DNA of 64,000 nucleotides. Source: Squalus acanthias. Lineage: Eukaryota. Position numbers and translations under genes: made by a program. The DNA lies in contig CM059432.1 of assembly GCA_030390025.1 (NCBI GenBank), positions 94,552,001 through 94,616,000 on the forward strand, written 5' to 3'. This document shows, one piece after another, positions 1-12,297 of this stretch. Every line of letters begins with the position of its first letter. Position 1 is the stretch's first letter. The notes under the pieces were generated by a model. That model was not told the origin of the DNA and ran no database searches. It saw only the letters and a program-made list of their open reading frames with translations.

Positions 1-3000
1 AGACAGAGGAAAGGGAAGCAAGGATAGAAGCAAAAGACAGGAAGGAGATAAGCAAAAGTGGCAGTCAGAGAAATCAAGGGTGTAAATCAAACATGGCCAC
101 AGTAAATAATAATTCTAAAAGGTCTAAGAGTGTTAAAAAAACAAGCCTGAGGCTTTGTGTCTTAATGCGAGGAGCATTCGTAATAAGGTGGATGATTTAG
201 CTGCACAAATAGATGTAAACGGATATGATATCATTGGGATTACGGAGACATGGCTCCAGGGTGACCAAGGCTGGGAATTCAACATTCAGGAAAGACAGGC
301 AAAAAGGAAAAGGAGGTGGGGTAGCATTGCTGGTTAAAGAGGAGATTAACACAATAGTAAGGAAGGATATTAGCTCTGATGATTTGGAACCTGTATGGGT
401 AGAGCTGAGAAATACCAAGGGGCAGAAAACGTTAGTGGGAGTTGTAAACAGACCCCCAAACAGTAATGCTGAGGTTGGGGATGGCATTAAACGGGAAATT
501 AGAGACACGTGCAATAAGGGAACAGCAGTTATCATGGGTGACTTTAATCTACATATAGATTGGGCTAACCAAATTAGTAACAATACTGTGGAGGAGGAAT
601 TCCTAGAGTGTATACGAGATGGTTTCCTGGACCAATATGTCGAGAAAACAGCTAGAGATCAGGCCATCTTAGACTGGGTATTATGTAATGAGAAAGGATT
701 AATTAGCAATCTTGTTGTGCGAGGCCCCTTGGGGAGGAGCGATCATAATATGATAGAATTCTTCATTAAGATGGAGAGTGAAGTAGTTGACTCAGAGACT
801 AGGGTCCTGAATTTAAATAAAGGAAACTACGATGGTATGAGGCGCAAGTTGGCTAGGATGGATTGGGGAACTTTACTTAAAGGGTTGACGGTGGATAGGC
901 AATGGCAAACATTTAAAGATCGCATGGATGAACGACAGAATTTGTTCATCCCTGTCTGGCATAAAAATAAAACAAAAAAGGTGGCGCAACCGTGGCTAAC
1001 AAGGGAAATTAGGGATAGCATAAGATCCAAGGAGAGGACATATAAATTGGCCAGAAAAAGCAGCAAACCTGAGGATTGGGAGCAGTTTAGGATTCAGCAA
1101 AGGAGGTCAAAGGGATTAATTAAGAGGGGGAAAATAGAGTATGAGAGTAAGCTTTCAGGGAACATAAAAACTGACTGTAAAAGCTTCTAGAGATATGTGA
1201 AGAGAAAAAGATTGGTGAAGTCAAGCGTAGGTCCCTTGCAGTCAGAATCAGGGGAATTTATAATGGGGAACAAAGAAATGGCTGACCAATTAAATACATA
1301 CTTTGGTTCTGTCTTCACAAAGGAGGACACAAATAACCTCCCAGAGATGTCGGGGAACATAGGGTCTAATGAGAGGGAGGAATTGAATGAAATCAGTATT
1401 TGTAGGGAAATGGTGTTAGGGAAATTGACGGGATTGAAGGCCGATAAATCCCCATGGCCTGATAATCTACAGCCTAGGGTACTTAAGGAAGTGGCCCTAG
1501 AAATAGTAGATGCATTGCTGGTCATCTTCCAAAATTCTATAGACTCTGGCACAGTTCCCATGGATTGGAGGGTAGCTAATGTAACCCCACTATTTAAAAA
1601 AGGTGGTAGAGAGAAAACGGGGAATTATAGACCGGTAAGCCTGACATCGGTGGTGGGGAAAATGCTAGAGTCCATTATAAAAGATGTAATAGCAGAGCAC
1701 TTGGAAAACAGTGACAGGATCGGACAAAGTCAACATGGATTTACAAAAGGTAAATCGTGCTTGACTAATCTACTGGAATTTTTTGAGGATGTAACTGGTA
1801 GAATAGATAAGGGAGAACCAGTGGATGTGGTGTATTTGGACTTTCAGAAGGCTTTCGATAAGGTCCCGCATAAGAGATTAGCGTGCAAAGTTAAAGCACA
1901 TGGGATTGGGGGTAAGGTGCTGACTTGGATAGAGAACTGGTTGGCAGACAGGAAGCAAAGAGTTGGAATAAACGGGTCTTTTTCCGAGTGGCAGGCAGTG
2001 ACTAGTGGGGTACCGCAGGGATCGGTGCTCGGACCCCAGTTATTCACAATATATATTAATGATCTGGATGAGGGAACTAGATGTAATATCTCCAAGTTTG
2101 CAGACGACACAAAGCTGGGTGGGCGTGTGTGCTGTGAGGAGGATGCAGAGAAACTCCAGTATGATTTGGACAGGTTGGGTGATTGGGCAGATGCATGGCA
2201 GATGCAGTATAATGTGGATAAATGCGAGGTTATCCACTTTGGTGGCAAAAACAGGAAGGCAGATTATTATCTGAACGGCAATAGATTGGGAAAAGGGGAA
2301 GTGCAACGAGACCTGGGTGTCCTTGTGCACCAGTCGCTGAAGGTAAGCATGCAGGTGCAGCAGGCGGTTAAGAAGGCAAATGGTATGTTGGCCTTCATAG
2401 CGAGAGGATGCGAGTACAGGAGCAAGGATGTCTTGCTGCAGTTGTACAGGGCCTTGGTGAGACCACACCTTGAGTATTGTGTGCAGTTTTGGTTGCCTTG
2501 TCTGAGGAAGGATGTTCTTGACATGGAGGGAGTGCAGCGAAGATTCACCAGACTGATACCTGGGATGGCAGGAATGACGTATGAAGAGAGATTGGGTCGA
2601 TTAGGCTTATATTTGCTAGAGTTTAGAAGAATGAGAGGGGATCTCATTGAAACTTATAAAATTCTAACAGGACTAGATAGACTAGATGCAGGAAGGATGT
2701 TCCCGATGGTGGGGGAGTCCAGAACCAGGGGTCACAGTCTAAGGATAAGGGGTAAGCCATTTAGGACTCAGATGAGGAGGAATTTCCTCATCCAGAGAGT
2801 GGTGAACCTGTGGAATTCTCTACCACAGAAGGCAGTTGAGGCCAAATCATTAAATATATTCAAGAAGGAGTTAGATATATTTCTTAAGGCTAAAGGGATC
2901 AAGGGATATGGGGAGAAAGCAGGGACAGGGTACTGAATTTGGATGATCAGCCATGATCTCATTAAGTGGCGGAGCAAGCTCGAGGGGCTGAATGGCCTAC

Positions 3001-3030
3001 TCCTGTTCCTATCTTCTATGTTTCTATGTT
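1..3030 (+). mobile_element. CR1 LINE, near-complete ORF2 plus 3' UTR and (TTCTATGT)-type tail; 5' part extends outside the window
   Basis: APE endonuclease motifs (NARS, ITETW, MGDFN, SDH) and RT motifs (GVPQGSVLGP, FADD), then a CR1-type 3' UTR and short tandem tail at ~3014-3030. Confidence 0.93.
155..2936 (+). pseudogene. CR1 ORF2 (endonuclease + reverse transcriptase), disrupted
   Basis: ORFs 155-337, 225-1190 and 1197-2936 form one ORF2; frameshift near 285 and an in-frame TAG at 1188-1190. Confidence 0.9.
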
Positions 3031-4503
3031 ACAAGTCTTCAGCATGACAGCCGGGATATTTTCGGGGCCCATAGCCTTTGCTGTATCCATTGCGTTCAGC
3101 TGTTTCTTGATGTCACGTGGAGTGAATCGAATTGGCTGCAGACTGGCTTCTGTGATGGTGGGAACCTCAGGAGGAGGCCGATATGGATCATCTACTCGGC
3201 ACTTCTGGCTGATGATGGTTGCAAACACTTCACCCTTGTCTTTTGCACTCACCTGCTGGGCTCCGCCATCACTGAGGATGGGGATATTGATGGAGCCTCC
3301 TCCCATCAGTTGTTTAATGGCCCACCACCATTCCCGACTGGATGTGGCAGGACTGCAGAGCTTTGGTCTGATCCGTTGATTGTGGGATTGCTTAGATTCG
3401 TCTATAGCATGCTGCTTCTATTGTTTAGCATGCATGTAGTCCTGTGTTGCAGCTTCCCCAGATTGGCACCTCATATTTAGGTACGCCTGGTGCTGCTCCT
3501 GGCATGCACTCTACACTCCTCGCTCGAACCAGGGTTGGTTGCCTGGCTTGATGTTAATGGTAGAGTGAGGGATATGCTAGGCCATCAGGCTACAGATTGT
3601 GGTGGAATACAATTCTGCTGCTGCTGATGGCCCACAGTGCCTCATAGATGCCCAGTTTTGAGCTGCTAGATCTGTTCTGAATCTATCCCATTTAGTACGG
3701 TGGTAGTGCCACAGAACACGATGGAGGGCGTCCTCAGTGTGAAGATGGGACTTCAACTCCACAAGGACTGTGCGGTGATCACTGCTACCAATACTATCAT
3801 GGACAGATGCATTGGCGACAAGTAGATTGGTGAGGACGAGGTCAAATAGGTTTTTCCCTTGTGTTGGTTCTCTCAACCCCTGCTACAGGCCCAGTCTGGC
3901 AGCTATGTTCTTCAGGACTCAGCCAGCTCGGTCAGTAGTGGTGCTACCGAGCCACTCTTAGTGATGGACATTGAAGTCCTCCACCCAGAGTACATTCTGT
4001 GCCCTTGGTACCCTCAGTGCTTCTTCCAAGTGGTGTTCAACATGGAGGAGTACTGATTCATCAGCTGAGGGAGGGCGGTAGGTGGTAATCAGCAGGAGGT
4101 TTCCTTGCTCATGTTTGACCTGATGCCTTGAATCTTCCTGGAGTCCAGAGTCAATGTTGAGGACTCCCAGGACCACTCCCTCCCGACTGTATACCACTGT
4201 GCCGCCACCTCTGCTGGGTCTGTTATGCCTATGGGACAGGACATACCCAGGGATGGTGCTGGAGGGGACTGGGACATTGGCTGAAAGGTATGATTCTGTG
4301 AGTGTGACTATGTCAGGCTGTTGCTCGACTAGTCTGTGGGACAGCTCTCCCAATCTTGGCACAAGTCCACTTTGCAGAGCCTACTGGGCTGGGTGCGCCT
4401 TTGTCATGTCCGAATGTCGATGTCGGGTGGTCCGTCTGTTTTTATTCTTATTATGCTGTTTCGTAGTGGTTTGATACAACTGAGTGACTTGCTAGGCCAT
4501 TTT
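3028..4503 (-). mobile_element. Second LINE family (CR1/L2 group, here called LINE-T): 5' region, endonuclease and start of RT, degraded
   Basis: Minus-strand fragments PDIVTLTESYL, GGGTVVY, TYRPPS, DFNVHH, DLVLTN, SDH, KAMGPENIP; 4432-4502 is homologous to the end of the tRNA-headed segment at 5556-5625. Confidence 0.8.
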
Positions 4504-4529
4504 GGAAGCCGGTGCCGAGGTCGATGCTG

Positions 4530-5910
4530 GGTGTTTTTTTTATTCGTTTCTGGGATGTGGGCGTCGCTGGCAAGGCCAGCATTTATTGCCCATCCCTAAC
4601 TGCCTTTGAGAAGGGGCTGGTGAGCAGTCTTCTTGAATTGCAGCAGTCCTTGCGGTGAAGGTACTCCCACAGTGCGGTTACGGAGGGAATTCCAGAATTT
4701 TGACCCAGCGACGATGAAGGAATAGCGACATGTTTTCAAGTTAGGATGGTGTGTGACTTGGAGAGGAAATTGGAGGTAATGATGTTCCCATGCGCCTGCT
4801 GCCTTTGGCCTTCTAGGTGGTAGAGGTGCTGTCGAAGAAGCCTTGGCGAGTTGCTGCAGTGCATCTTGTGGATGGCACACACTGCAGTCACAGTGCGCCG
4901 GTGGTGGAGTGAGTGAATGTTTAAGGTGGTGGATGGGGTGCCAATCAAGCAGGCTGCTTTGTCCTGGATGGTGTCGAGCTGCTTGAGTGTTGTTGGAGCT
5001 GCACTCATCCAGTCAAGTGGAGAGTATTCCATCACACTCCTGACTTGTGCCTTGTACATGGTGGAAAGGTTTTGGGGAGTTAGGAGGTGAGACACTCACT
5101 GCAGAATACCCTGCCTCTGACCTGCTCTTGCAGCCACATTATTTATGTGGCTAGTCCAGTTAAGTTTTTGGTCAATGGTGATCCCCAGAATGTTAATAGT
5201 GGGGGATTCGGCGATGGTAATGCCGTTGAATGTCAAGGGGCGGTAGTTAGACTCTCACTTGTTGGAGTTAGTCATTGCCTGGCACTTGGGTGGCACAAAT
5301 GTTACTTGCTACTTATCAGCCCAAGCCTGAATGTCGTCCAGGTCTTGCTGCATGCGGGCATGGACTGCTTCATTATCTGAGGAGTTGCGAATGGCACTGA
5401 ACACTGCGCAATCATCAACGAACATCCCCATTTCTGACGTTATGATGGCGGGAAGGTCATTGATGAGGCAGCTGAAGTTGGTTGGGCCTAGGATACTGCC
5501 CTGGGGAACTCCTGCAGTGATGTCCTGGGGCTGAGATGTTTGACCTCCAACAAGCCATCTGGTTTTATTCTTATTATTGTTTCTTGTCACGGTTTGTTAC
5601 AACTGAGTGGCTTTCTTGGCCATTTAAGAGGGCAGTTAAGAGTCAACCACATTGCTGTGGGTCTGGAGTCACATATAGGATGGCAGATTTCCTTCCCTAA
5701 AGGACATTAGTGAAACAGATGGGTTTTTACGCCAAGCCGGTAGTTTCACAGACACCATGACTGATACTAGCTTTTTATTCCAGATTTATTTAATTAACTG
5801 AATTTAAACTTCACGGCAACCGTGGTAGGATTTAAACTCACGTCTCCGGATTATTAGTCCAGGCCTCTGGATTACTAGTCCAGTAATATAAGCACTATGC
5901 TACCATTCCC
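4530..5910 (-). mobile_element. Internally deleted LINE-T copy: tRNA-derived head (5910-5556) joined to ~1 kb of RT C-terminus, 3' UTR and A-tail
   Basis: A-box/B-box head; GVPQGSILGP, FVDD, YKAQVRSVMEY; 3' UTR GGGATGGGCAATAAATGCTGG on the minus strand; T-run at ~4534-4541. Confidence 0.8.
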
Positions 5911-6120
5911 TTTGGAACTCTCTTCCGCAAATGGCAATTGATGCTCGATCAACTGTTAATTTTAAATCTGAGGTTGATAGATTTTTGTTGACCAAAGGTA
6001 TTAAGGAAATGGAGCAAGGGCGGGTATATGGAGTTTGGTCACAGATCAGCCATGATCTCATTGAATGGCGGAACAGGCTCGAGGGGCTCAATGACCTACT
6101 CCTGTTCCTATGTTCCTATA
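5911..6120 (+). mobile_element. CR1 3' end fragment
   Basis: FKSEVDRFLLTKGIK C-terminus, 3' UTR and (TTCCTATG) tail. Confidence 0.8.
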
Positions 6121-6385
6121 TATACATAGGCTACGCATAGGTCGGAGTGAGTTACAAAGCAAGTGACATATGAGATGATCTCAAAAACAAAAGTAAGAAT
6201 TGATTTGTCTTAATAGGGACAATTTTTCAGTCAATGTTGTTAGCAAAATTAGCTATTTTTAGTTTGCAATTATTACTTTATGATTATTTAAAATCACTAG
6301 CATTACTTCATACAGACAATATAACTTGCTATTCACGACTATCCGACAAAATCTAGTGCGATCAGTTGGAGGAACAATGACGTAC

Positions 6386-6471
6386 CACTTTGAAAGCACG
6401 GGCTGGAGCAGAGGTAGCACCCATCTCATCTAAATATTTCTTCCAGGAGAAATTTTCCGGATCAGAATACC
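6386..6471 (-). CDS. L3MBTL4: L3MBTL-family coding exon, start of third MBT repeat: (G)YSDPENFSWKKYLDEMGATSAPARAFKV
   Basis: ttttag acceptor and gtacgt donor; 86 bp; phase 1 matches the 36702 donor; MBT FSWxxYL...APARAFK motif. Paralog assignment tentative. Confidence 0.9.
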
Positions 6472-7716
6472 CTAAAACAAAAAAAGTTAATAAAATTTTA
6501 TTATTTTATGATAGATTGGAATACTATTTTTCTGGGTATAACACCATCATATACAGGTAATGTAACATTTAGGGGTAAAAATTCAGGGGTTTAGCGCCGG
6601 CCGTTGCCACCCGATTCGTGGAACAAAATGGCGGTCGCTGCACTTCAACCCGCTGCCAGCGGGTCCTGCAGTGGGCACCATTTTCAGCTGGGCGGCAGAA
6701 GGAGGCAGGCAGTAAATCCCCCTTCGGCACGGGCTGTCTGTGAACGCCTCATCAGACTCCAATCCCAGTAAATGAAGCCCCAGATCCCCATTGCTCACCA
6801 CATCCCCATCAATCACATCCCCCATACCATCCCTCTGTCACGGAATATCACAGTGTCCTCCTGGGCACAAAGCTGTAATGAGAGCCAGCACAAAACAAAG
6901 ATTCCAAACAAAATTATTACTTTTATCAAGAATCAATTCACACATACTATAATCAACTAATCACCCTTGTGCAATCCCTTAGTGCCTGTCGTTCGGCTGC
7001 CCTTCGCTGATCTAGTGTTCCTACGAAGTGCTCCGCCAGTGAATGCAGCATGGCTGGTGGAAGGCTGCTGAGTTTCCATGTGGGAGACTTCAGATGGCCT
7101 TGCAAGAGGACCTCGAGCAGCTCTGGACCTAGAAAGCCCGGGTGTGGACTGTAGGATCTCGGCATGGGCGGCAGCAGTCTGGGCTGGCTGGCTAACAATG
7201 CAATGGCAATGGCAGAGTGGCAGTGGTGGAAACAGGAATGCTGTCATCCTGAGAGGGAGCAGGGTCCTGCTCCACTTACCCACTGCCACTCCCCCGGGCG
7301 GCACCTCAGCATTCCTATCTGTTGGAGGACAGATTGCTGGGCTGCTGCGACACCCTGCAATCCTCTTTTGACACTCATGAACCCAGCCACGATGTCAGTA
7401 GTCTGAGCTTGCGTGGCAGCAAGCTGGGACTGCAGGACAGCAGTCTGCGCTTCCACTACAGCACTACGACATTGGGTCGCTTCCGCCTGTGCTGCAATGG
7501 AAGCCGCGACATCGCCCATCACACGCAGCATCATGTCTGGGTCGACATGGCCTATCCGGGAGTTTCCCATCATTTTCAGCCTGGAAATCATGGGCTCCAA
7601 GCTCTGCGCAAAGCCCCGGCCAATGTTGGAGCCAGACGCCTTCATGCTCCTTGACATTGCCAAGAGGCTCTCTGCCAGGCTTGCCATTGCACCTAGCAAT
7701 TTGGTGTGCATGCCCA

Positions 7717-8419
7717 TCAGAGGGACCTTGGTGTGCATGTACATAGATCCCTGAAGACAGCAGGACAGGTAGATAAGGTGGTTAAAAAGGCATATGGGAT
7801 ACTTGCCTTCATTAGCCGAGGCATAGAATATAAGAGCAGGGAGGTTATGATGGAGCTGTACAAAATGCTAATTAGGCCACAGCTGGAATACTGTGTGCAG
7901 TTCTGGTCACCACACTATAGGAGGGATGTAATTGCATTGGAGAGGGTGCAGAGGAGATTCACCAGGATGTTACCTGGGCTGGAGCGCTTCAGCTATGAAG
8001 AGAGACTGGACAGGCTGGGGTTGTTTTCCTTAGAGCAGAGAAGGCTGAGGGGGGACCTGATTGAGGTGTACAAAATTATGAGGGGCATAGATAGGGTAGA
8101 TAGAAAGGAACTTTTCCCCTTAGTAGAGGGGTCAATAACCAGGGGGCATAGTTTCAAGGTAAGGGGCAGGAGGTTTAGAGGGGATTTGAGGAAAACTTTT
8201 TCACCCAGAGGGTGGTTGGAATCTGGAACTCACTGCCTGAAAGGGTGGAAGAGGCAGGAACCCTCAACATTCAAGAAGCATTTAGATGAGCACTTGAAAT
8301 GCCATAGCATACAAGGCTATGGACCAAGTGCTGGAAAATGGGATTAGAATAGACAGGGCTTGATGGCCGGCGCGGACACGATGGGCCGAAGGGCCTCTTT
8401 CTGTGCTGTTTGACTCTAT
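7717..8419 (+). mobile_element. CR1 (family with GACTCTAT tail), 5'-truncated 3' fragment; tail resumes at 12815-12826
   Basis: QRDLGVHVHRSLK...LEYCVQFWSP...GYGPSAGKWD; 3' UTR hairpin GGGCCGAAGGGCCT; near-identical to 28127-28817. Confidence 0.9.
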
Positions 8420-8780
8420 GGGGGAGAAATTCACTATCGCCCCATTTGGGGCGCAACTATCAGCCGGGCGCCAAGATTGGCGCCTGGCGCTAATTATCAC
8501 CTCCAACTGCAAACTTGACTTTTATTGCCCCTGGAGGTGATTGGAGCGCTAAATCAGGCACTACACACCTGTCTTAAGGCGCAAAGGCCGAGGAGCGAGG
8601 CGCTAACTCAGAGCGCGGGCGCAGCGCAGGTGCTGTCAGTTAGCGATGGAACACAGACACACTGGCGCCGGACAGTTCTTAAAGGGGAGGGTCGATCTTG
8701 CACTCCAGCCACACCCTGCTCATTAGAGCCTTGAATCTCGGCCTGGAGAGACCTGTGCCTAAATCTTCCAGCCAAGGACT

Positions 8781-10861
8781 ATGGAGAGGGTGAGAGAACG
8801 AGCTCAGCGCTTCAGCGAGTGGGCTTTGGATGCTCTGGTTGGCGCGGTGGAGCGCAGAAGATCTATACTCTTCCCTGAGAGTGGCAGGAGGCCTTTGCCG
8901 CGCGAGTACAGAAGAGTGTGGAGGGAGGTGGCTCAGAGCGTCTCCTCCAGGAGCATGGTGCCCAGGACCCATATACAATGTCGAAATAGTTCAACGACCT
9001 CACTCGGATCGTCAGGGTGAATGGCTTTTTTTCAAAACCTCTCCATCCCTCCATCACAACCTCACTCTATGGCCAGAGGGTCTTAAAACCCCAATGCACA
9101 ACACTCATCCAACACCTATGGCCCTCTCATGAAACACACACGCACATTCCACACTTTGCATACAGTAAGGGCTATTCACCTATGGGAGGCACATCAGGCA
9201 AGACCATGGCTGCATACAGTAAGGGCTATTCACCTATGAGAGGCACATCAGGCAAGACCATGGCTGCATACAGAAAGGGCTATTCACCTATGGGAGGCAC
9301 ATCAGGCAAGACCATGGCTGTATACAGTAAGGGCTATTCATCTATGGGAGGCACATCAGGCAAGACCATGGCTGCATACAGTAAGGGCTATTCACCTATG
9401 GGAGGCACATCAGGCAAGACCATGGCTGCATACAGTAAGGGCTATTCAGCTATGGGAGGCACATCAGGCAAGACCATGGCTGCATACAGTAAGGGCTATT
9501 CACCTACGGGAGGCACATCAGGCAAGACCATGGCTGTATATTTACTCAGACGCCGTCCTTTTTCTTGCAGGCCAAGCTATCTCATAATAGGAGACAGCAG
9601 CAACGGACGGGTGGAGGGCAGCCTCAGCTGCAACCCCTCAGCGATCTTGAGGCGCGCGTCCACAGGATTGTGGCAAGCCGGGTGATCGGTCCCGTCGCCA
9701 CTGGAGACGCCGACCCCGTTCTGGACAGCAATGGTAAGGTCATCACCTTTTTGTCCTCTCTCCTTCCACTTGTCCCTCACAACACCAGACACTTTCAATC
9801 CAACTTACTAAATCGCTGCACTCATTCCTCCCTTACTGCCCCCCTGTTCTCACGCTAAAGCCACTCTTGTACCTCCCTGCTTTCAGGTGGTGATTCACCA
9901 GCTGAGGAGACGGGCCCTCAAGCTGCCAGTGGGAGTGAAGCTGCAGCCGAGGAGGAAGATGAAGGCGGAGCATCAGCGCCACCCTCTCCCGAGGAAGTCC
10001 ATGCCCACACTGGGAACACGCCTTCCCTGGAGGGGAGCAGGGGGGAAGGGTCTGATGAGGGTGAAGCTCCAGGACCCAGCGGGCTTCAGCAACGCCATGG
10101 GGGTAGGGAAGCTCGGGGGCCTTCTCCCCGGAGGGAGAGTATGCCAGCGAGTCCTACTGCACTGGACGCAGAGGAGAGCGGCTCATCGCTGAAATGAACA
10201 CCCAGGCAGGTGGACATGCACACTGAGCTCATGGGTGCAGTGGAAGGGTGCCCGAATGCATTGAATCACTGGCAAGGAGTGTGGATCACTCGCTGTAGCA
10301 CAGGCGGATGCCACGCAAATGTTTAGTGCTGCAATTCAGTCAATGGCTGCCATGAACCCATCTCTGACTGCTCTCCTGCAGTCTCAGATTGAGCCCACGC
10401 GAGCACTGACTGCTGCCATCCTCGATGGTTCGTACACATTTCCCCGGGGCTCTCACCGCGCCGCAGCAGGCCAGCAATCTGTGCTCCAGCAGATTGCTCC
10501 GGATGCTGAAGTGCTGCCCCGTGGGAGTGCCAGTGTGTCGGTCGAGCAGGGAGTTGCTGTCCTCTCTCAAGATGACAGCATTCCTGCTGCCACCACTGTC
10601 ACTTCTCCACTGCACTTGCCACCGCCTGTAGGACAGACTGCTGCCGCCCATGCAGAGTTGGTGCAGTCTGCTGCCGGGCCCTCCAGGCCCAGTGCTGGTC
10701 GAGGCCGTCCTTCAAGGGCATCTGCAGTCTCAGGTTCTGACAATCAGCAGCCTTCCACCAGCCTTGCTGCAGCCACTGAGGTCCCATTACGGAGGAACAG
10801 TAGGGTGGGAAGGGGGCAAGTGCGCAAGGGAAGGAGATCACCCTCGAAGGGCAAAAAGTAG
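8781..10861 (+). pseudogene. Harbinger B Myb/SANT DNA-binding gene; exons 8781-9016, 9571-9733, 9887-10861
   Basis: RFSEWALDALV...VWREVAQ...HIQCR motif; GT-AG junctions; 1-bp frameshift near 8985; in-frame TGA near 10195. Confidence 0.82.
9157..9540 (+). repeat. 54-bp tandem repeat, 7 full copies, in intron 1 of the Harbinger B Myb gene
   Basis: Unit TGCATACAGTAAGGGCTATTCACCTATGGGAGGCACATCAGGCAAGACCATGGC starts at 9157, 9211, 9265, 9319, 9373, 9427, 9481. Confidence 0.97.
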
Positions 10862-11160
10862 GAGGTGTGACAAAATGTTGGTCATTTTTTTATTAAAGAC
10901 CGAGGTTCGTGGTCAAACTTTTGAACATTATCTCCAGGTTATGAGAACCAGTTATGTTAATGACTGTGTTTTTGTGTTTCTTTCTATTAGTTTGTCATGA
11001 GGAAATGACACACACAGAGTTTGTGAAATAAATAAGTTTTTGTATTCAAAATGTACATGTTTGGTCTTTGGAATCATTGCTGCCTTGGCCGGCTTAGGGG
11101 TTGCGGGTTGGTTTCATTCATGTTGTTCTCAATGGCAGAAGCCATTTCCTCAGCAGGGGC

Positions 11161-12297
11161 CTAGAAGTGGCTTGCTATCAGCCGTTGACGGACGGCCCTT
11201 CCAGTTTCTACATTGTGGGCCTCCCTCCCGCCTTGGTGCTGCTGATGATCATCCTCCTCCTCCTCTGGTGGTGCTCCAAGGCCTGGTGGCATTGGCTGGG
11301 TCCTGAGGATTGCCAGGTTATGCAGCATGCAGCACACAACTATGAAGTGGGAAACTCGCTCAGGCGAGTACTGCAGGGCTCCTCCAGAATGGTCCAGACA
11401 GCGGAACCGTTGCTTGAGCACGCCGATTGTGTGCTCAACGATGTTCCTGGTAGCTTGATGGCTCGCGTTGTACCGCAGCTCAGCAGGGGTGTTGGGCGTA
11501 CGGAGCGGTGTCATCAGCCAGGTGCTCAGTGGATATCCCTTGTCCCCGAGAAGCCAACCAACTGGCTGATCCGGTGCCTGGAAAAGTTCTGCCACAGTAG
11601 TCTGGCACAGGATGAATGCATCGTGGCAGCTGCCAGGATAGTGGGCATTGACAGCGAGTATCAGCTGTCTGTGGTCACAGACCAACTGAACGTTTAAGGA
11701 ATGGAACCCCTTTCTGTTGCGGAAATCCTCGGCATTCTCATGCGGAGCACGGAAAGCCACATGCGTGCAGTCAATGGCGCCCTGCACCATGGGGAAGCCC
11801 GCTATCCTAGCAAAGCCCATTGCGCGTTCTTGCTGCTTGTCTTGGGTCATGGGGAAAGAGATGTACTCTCGTCTCCTTTTAAAGAGGGCATTTGTGACCT
11901 GACGGATGCAGCAATGCACCGCGAACTGGGAGATATTGGCGATGTCCCCAGTAGCTGATTGAAATGAGCCAGTGGCATAAAAGTTTAGAGCCACTGTGAT
12001 CTTCACTGCCACCGACAGAGACGTCCTGGACCTCAGTTGAGGCTGCAGATCTGGCTGCAGCAGGTGGCAGAGCTCAGTGACTACCTCCTTGCTGAAGCGC
12101 AGCCTTCGCAAACACTGCTCCTCAGACATATTAATATATGTGAATTGTTGGCGATATACCCTGGGAGGGTAAGGTCTCCTGTACAGAGGCCTGTTGGCCC
12201 TCCTCCGTCTGGCCATGATTGCCACTCTCTCTCTGCGTCTCTGTGTCCTCCGATTCTGGCGGCGCAGGACGACGCCCCCAATCAGTGCAGCCCCCAT
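11161..12297 (-). CDS. PIF/Harbinger DDE transposase (HARBI1-like), 378 aa, open frame
   Basis: ATG at 12297; motifs GAIDCTH, NRKGFHSLNVQ, PGSCHD, LLGDKGY, RNIVEHTIGVLKQRF, CCMLHN; DDE triad intact. Confidence 0.93.
   Translation of the reverse strand: MGAALIGGVVLRRQNRRTQRRRERVAIMARRRRANRPLYRRPYPPRVYRQQFTYINMSEEQCLRRLRFSKEVVTELCHLLQPDLQPQLRSRTSLSVAVKITVALNFYATGSFQSATGDIANISQFAVHCCIRQVTNALFKRRREYISFPMTQDKQQERAMGFARIAGFPMVQGAIDCTHVAFRAPHENAEDFRNRKGFHSLNVQLVCDHRQLILAVNAHYPGSCHDAFILCQTTVAELFQAPDQPVGWLLGDKGYPLSTWLMTPLRTPNTPAELRYNASHQATRNIVEHTIGVLKQRFRCLDHSGGALQYSPERVSHFIVVCCMLHNLAILRTQPMPPGLGAPPEEEEDDHQQHQGGREAHNVETGRAVRQRLIASHF

Noticed and set aside
197..2977. Many antisense ORFs over CR1, Harbinger and Gypsy coding regions
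   Set aside because: They are shadow frames of TE ORFs with no independent motifs.
9157..9540. 54-bp repeat as a CRISPR array
   Set aside because: Units are directly head-to-tail with no unique spacers, there are no cas genes, and the context is a eukaryotic intron.
9017..9685. 222-aa ORF with 18-aa repeats as a real protein
   Set aside because: It begins at the intron donor and is open only because the 54-bp unit has no stop in that frame; it is out of frame with Myb exon 2.
11161..12297. Domesticated host gene HARBI1
   Set aside because: The ORF is flanked by TIRs, a target duplication and a Myb partner, and is nested in a CR1 tail, so it is a transposon copy.
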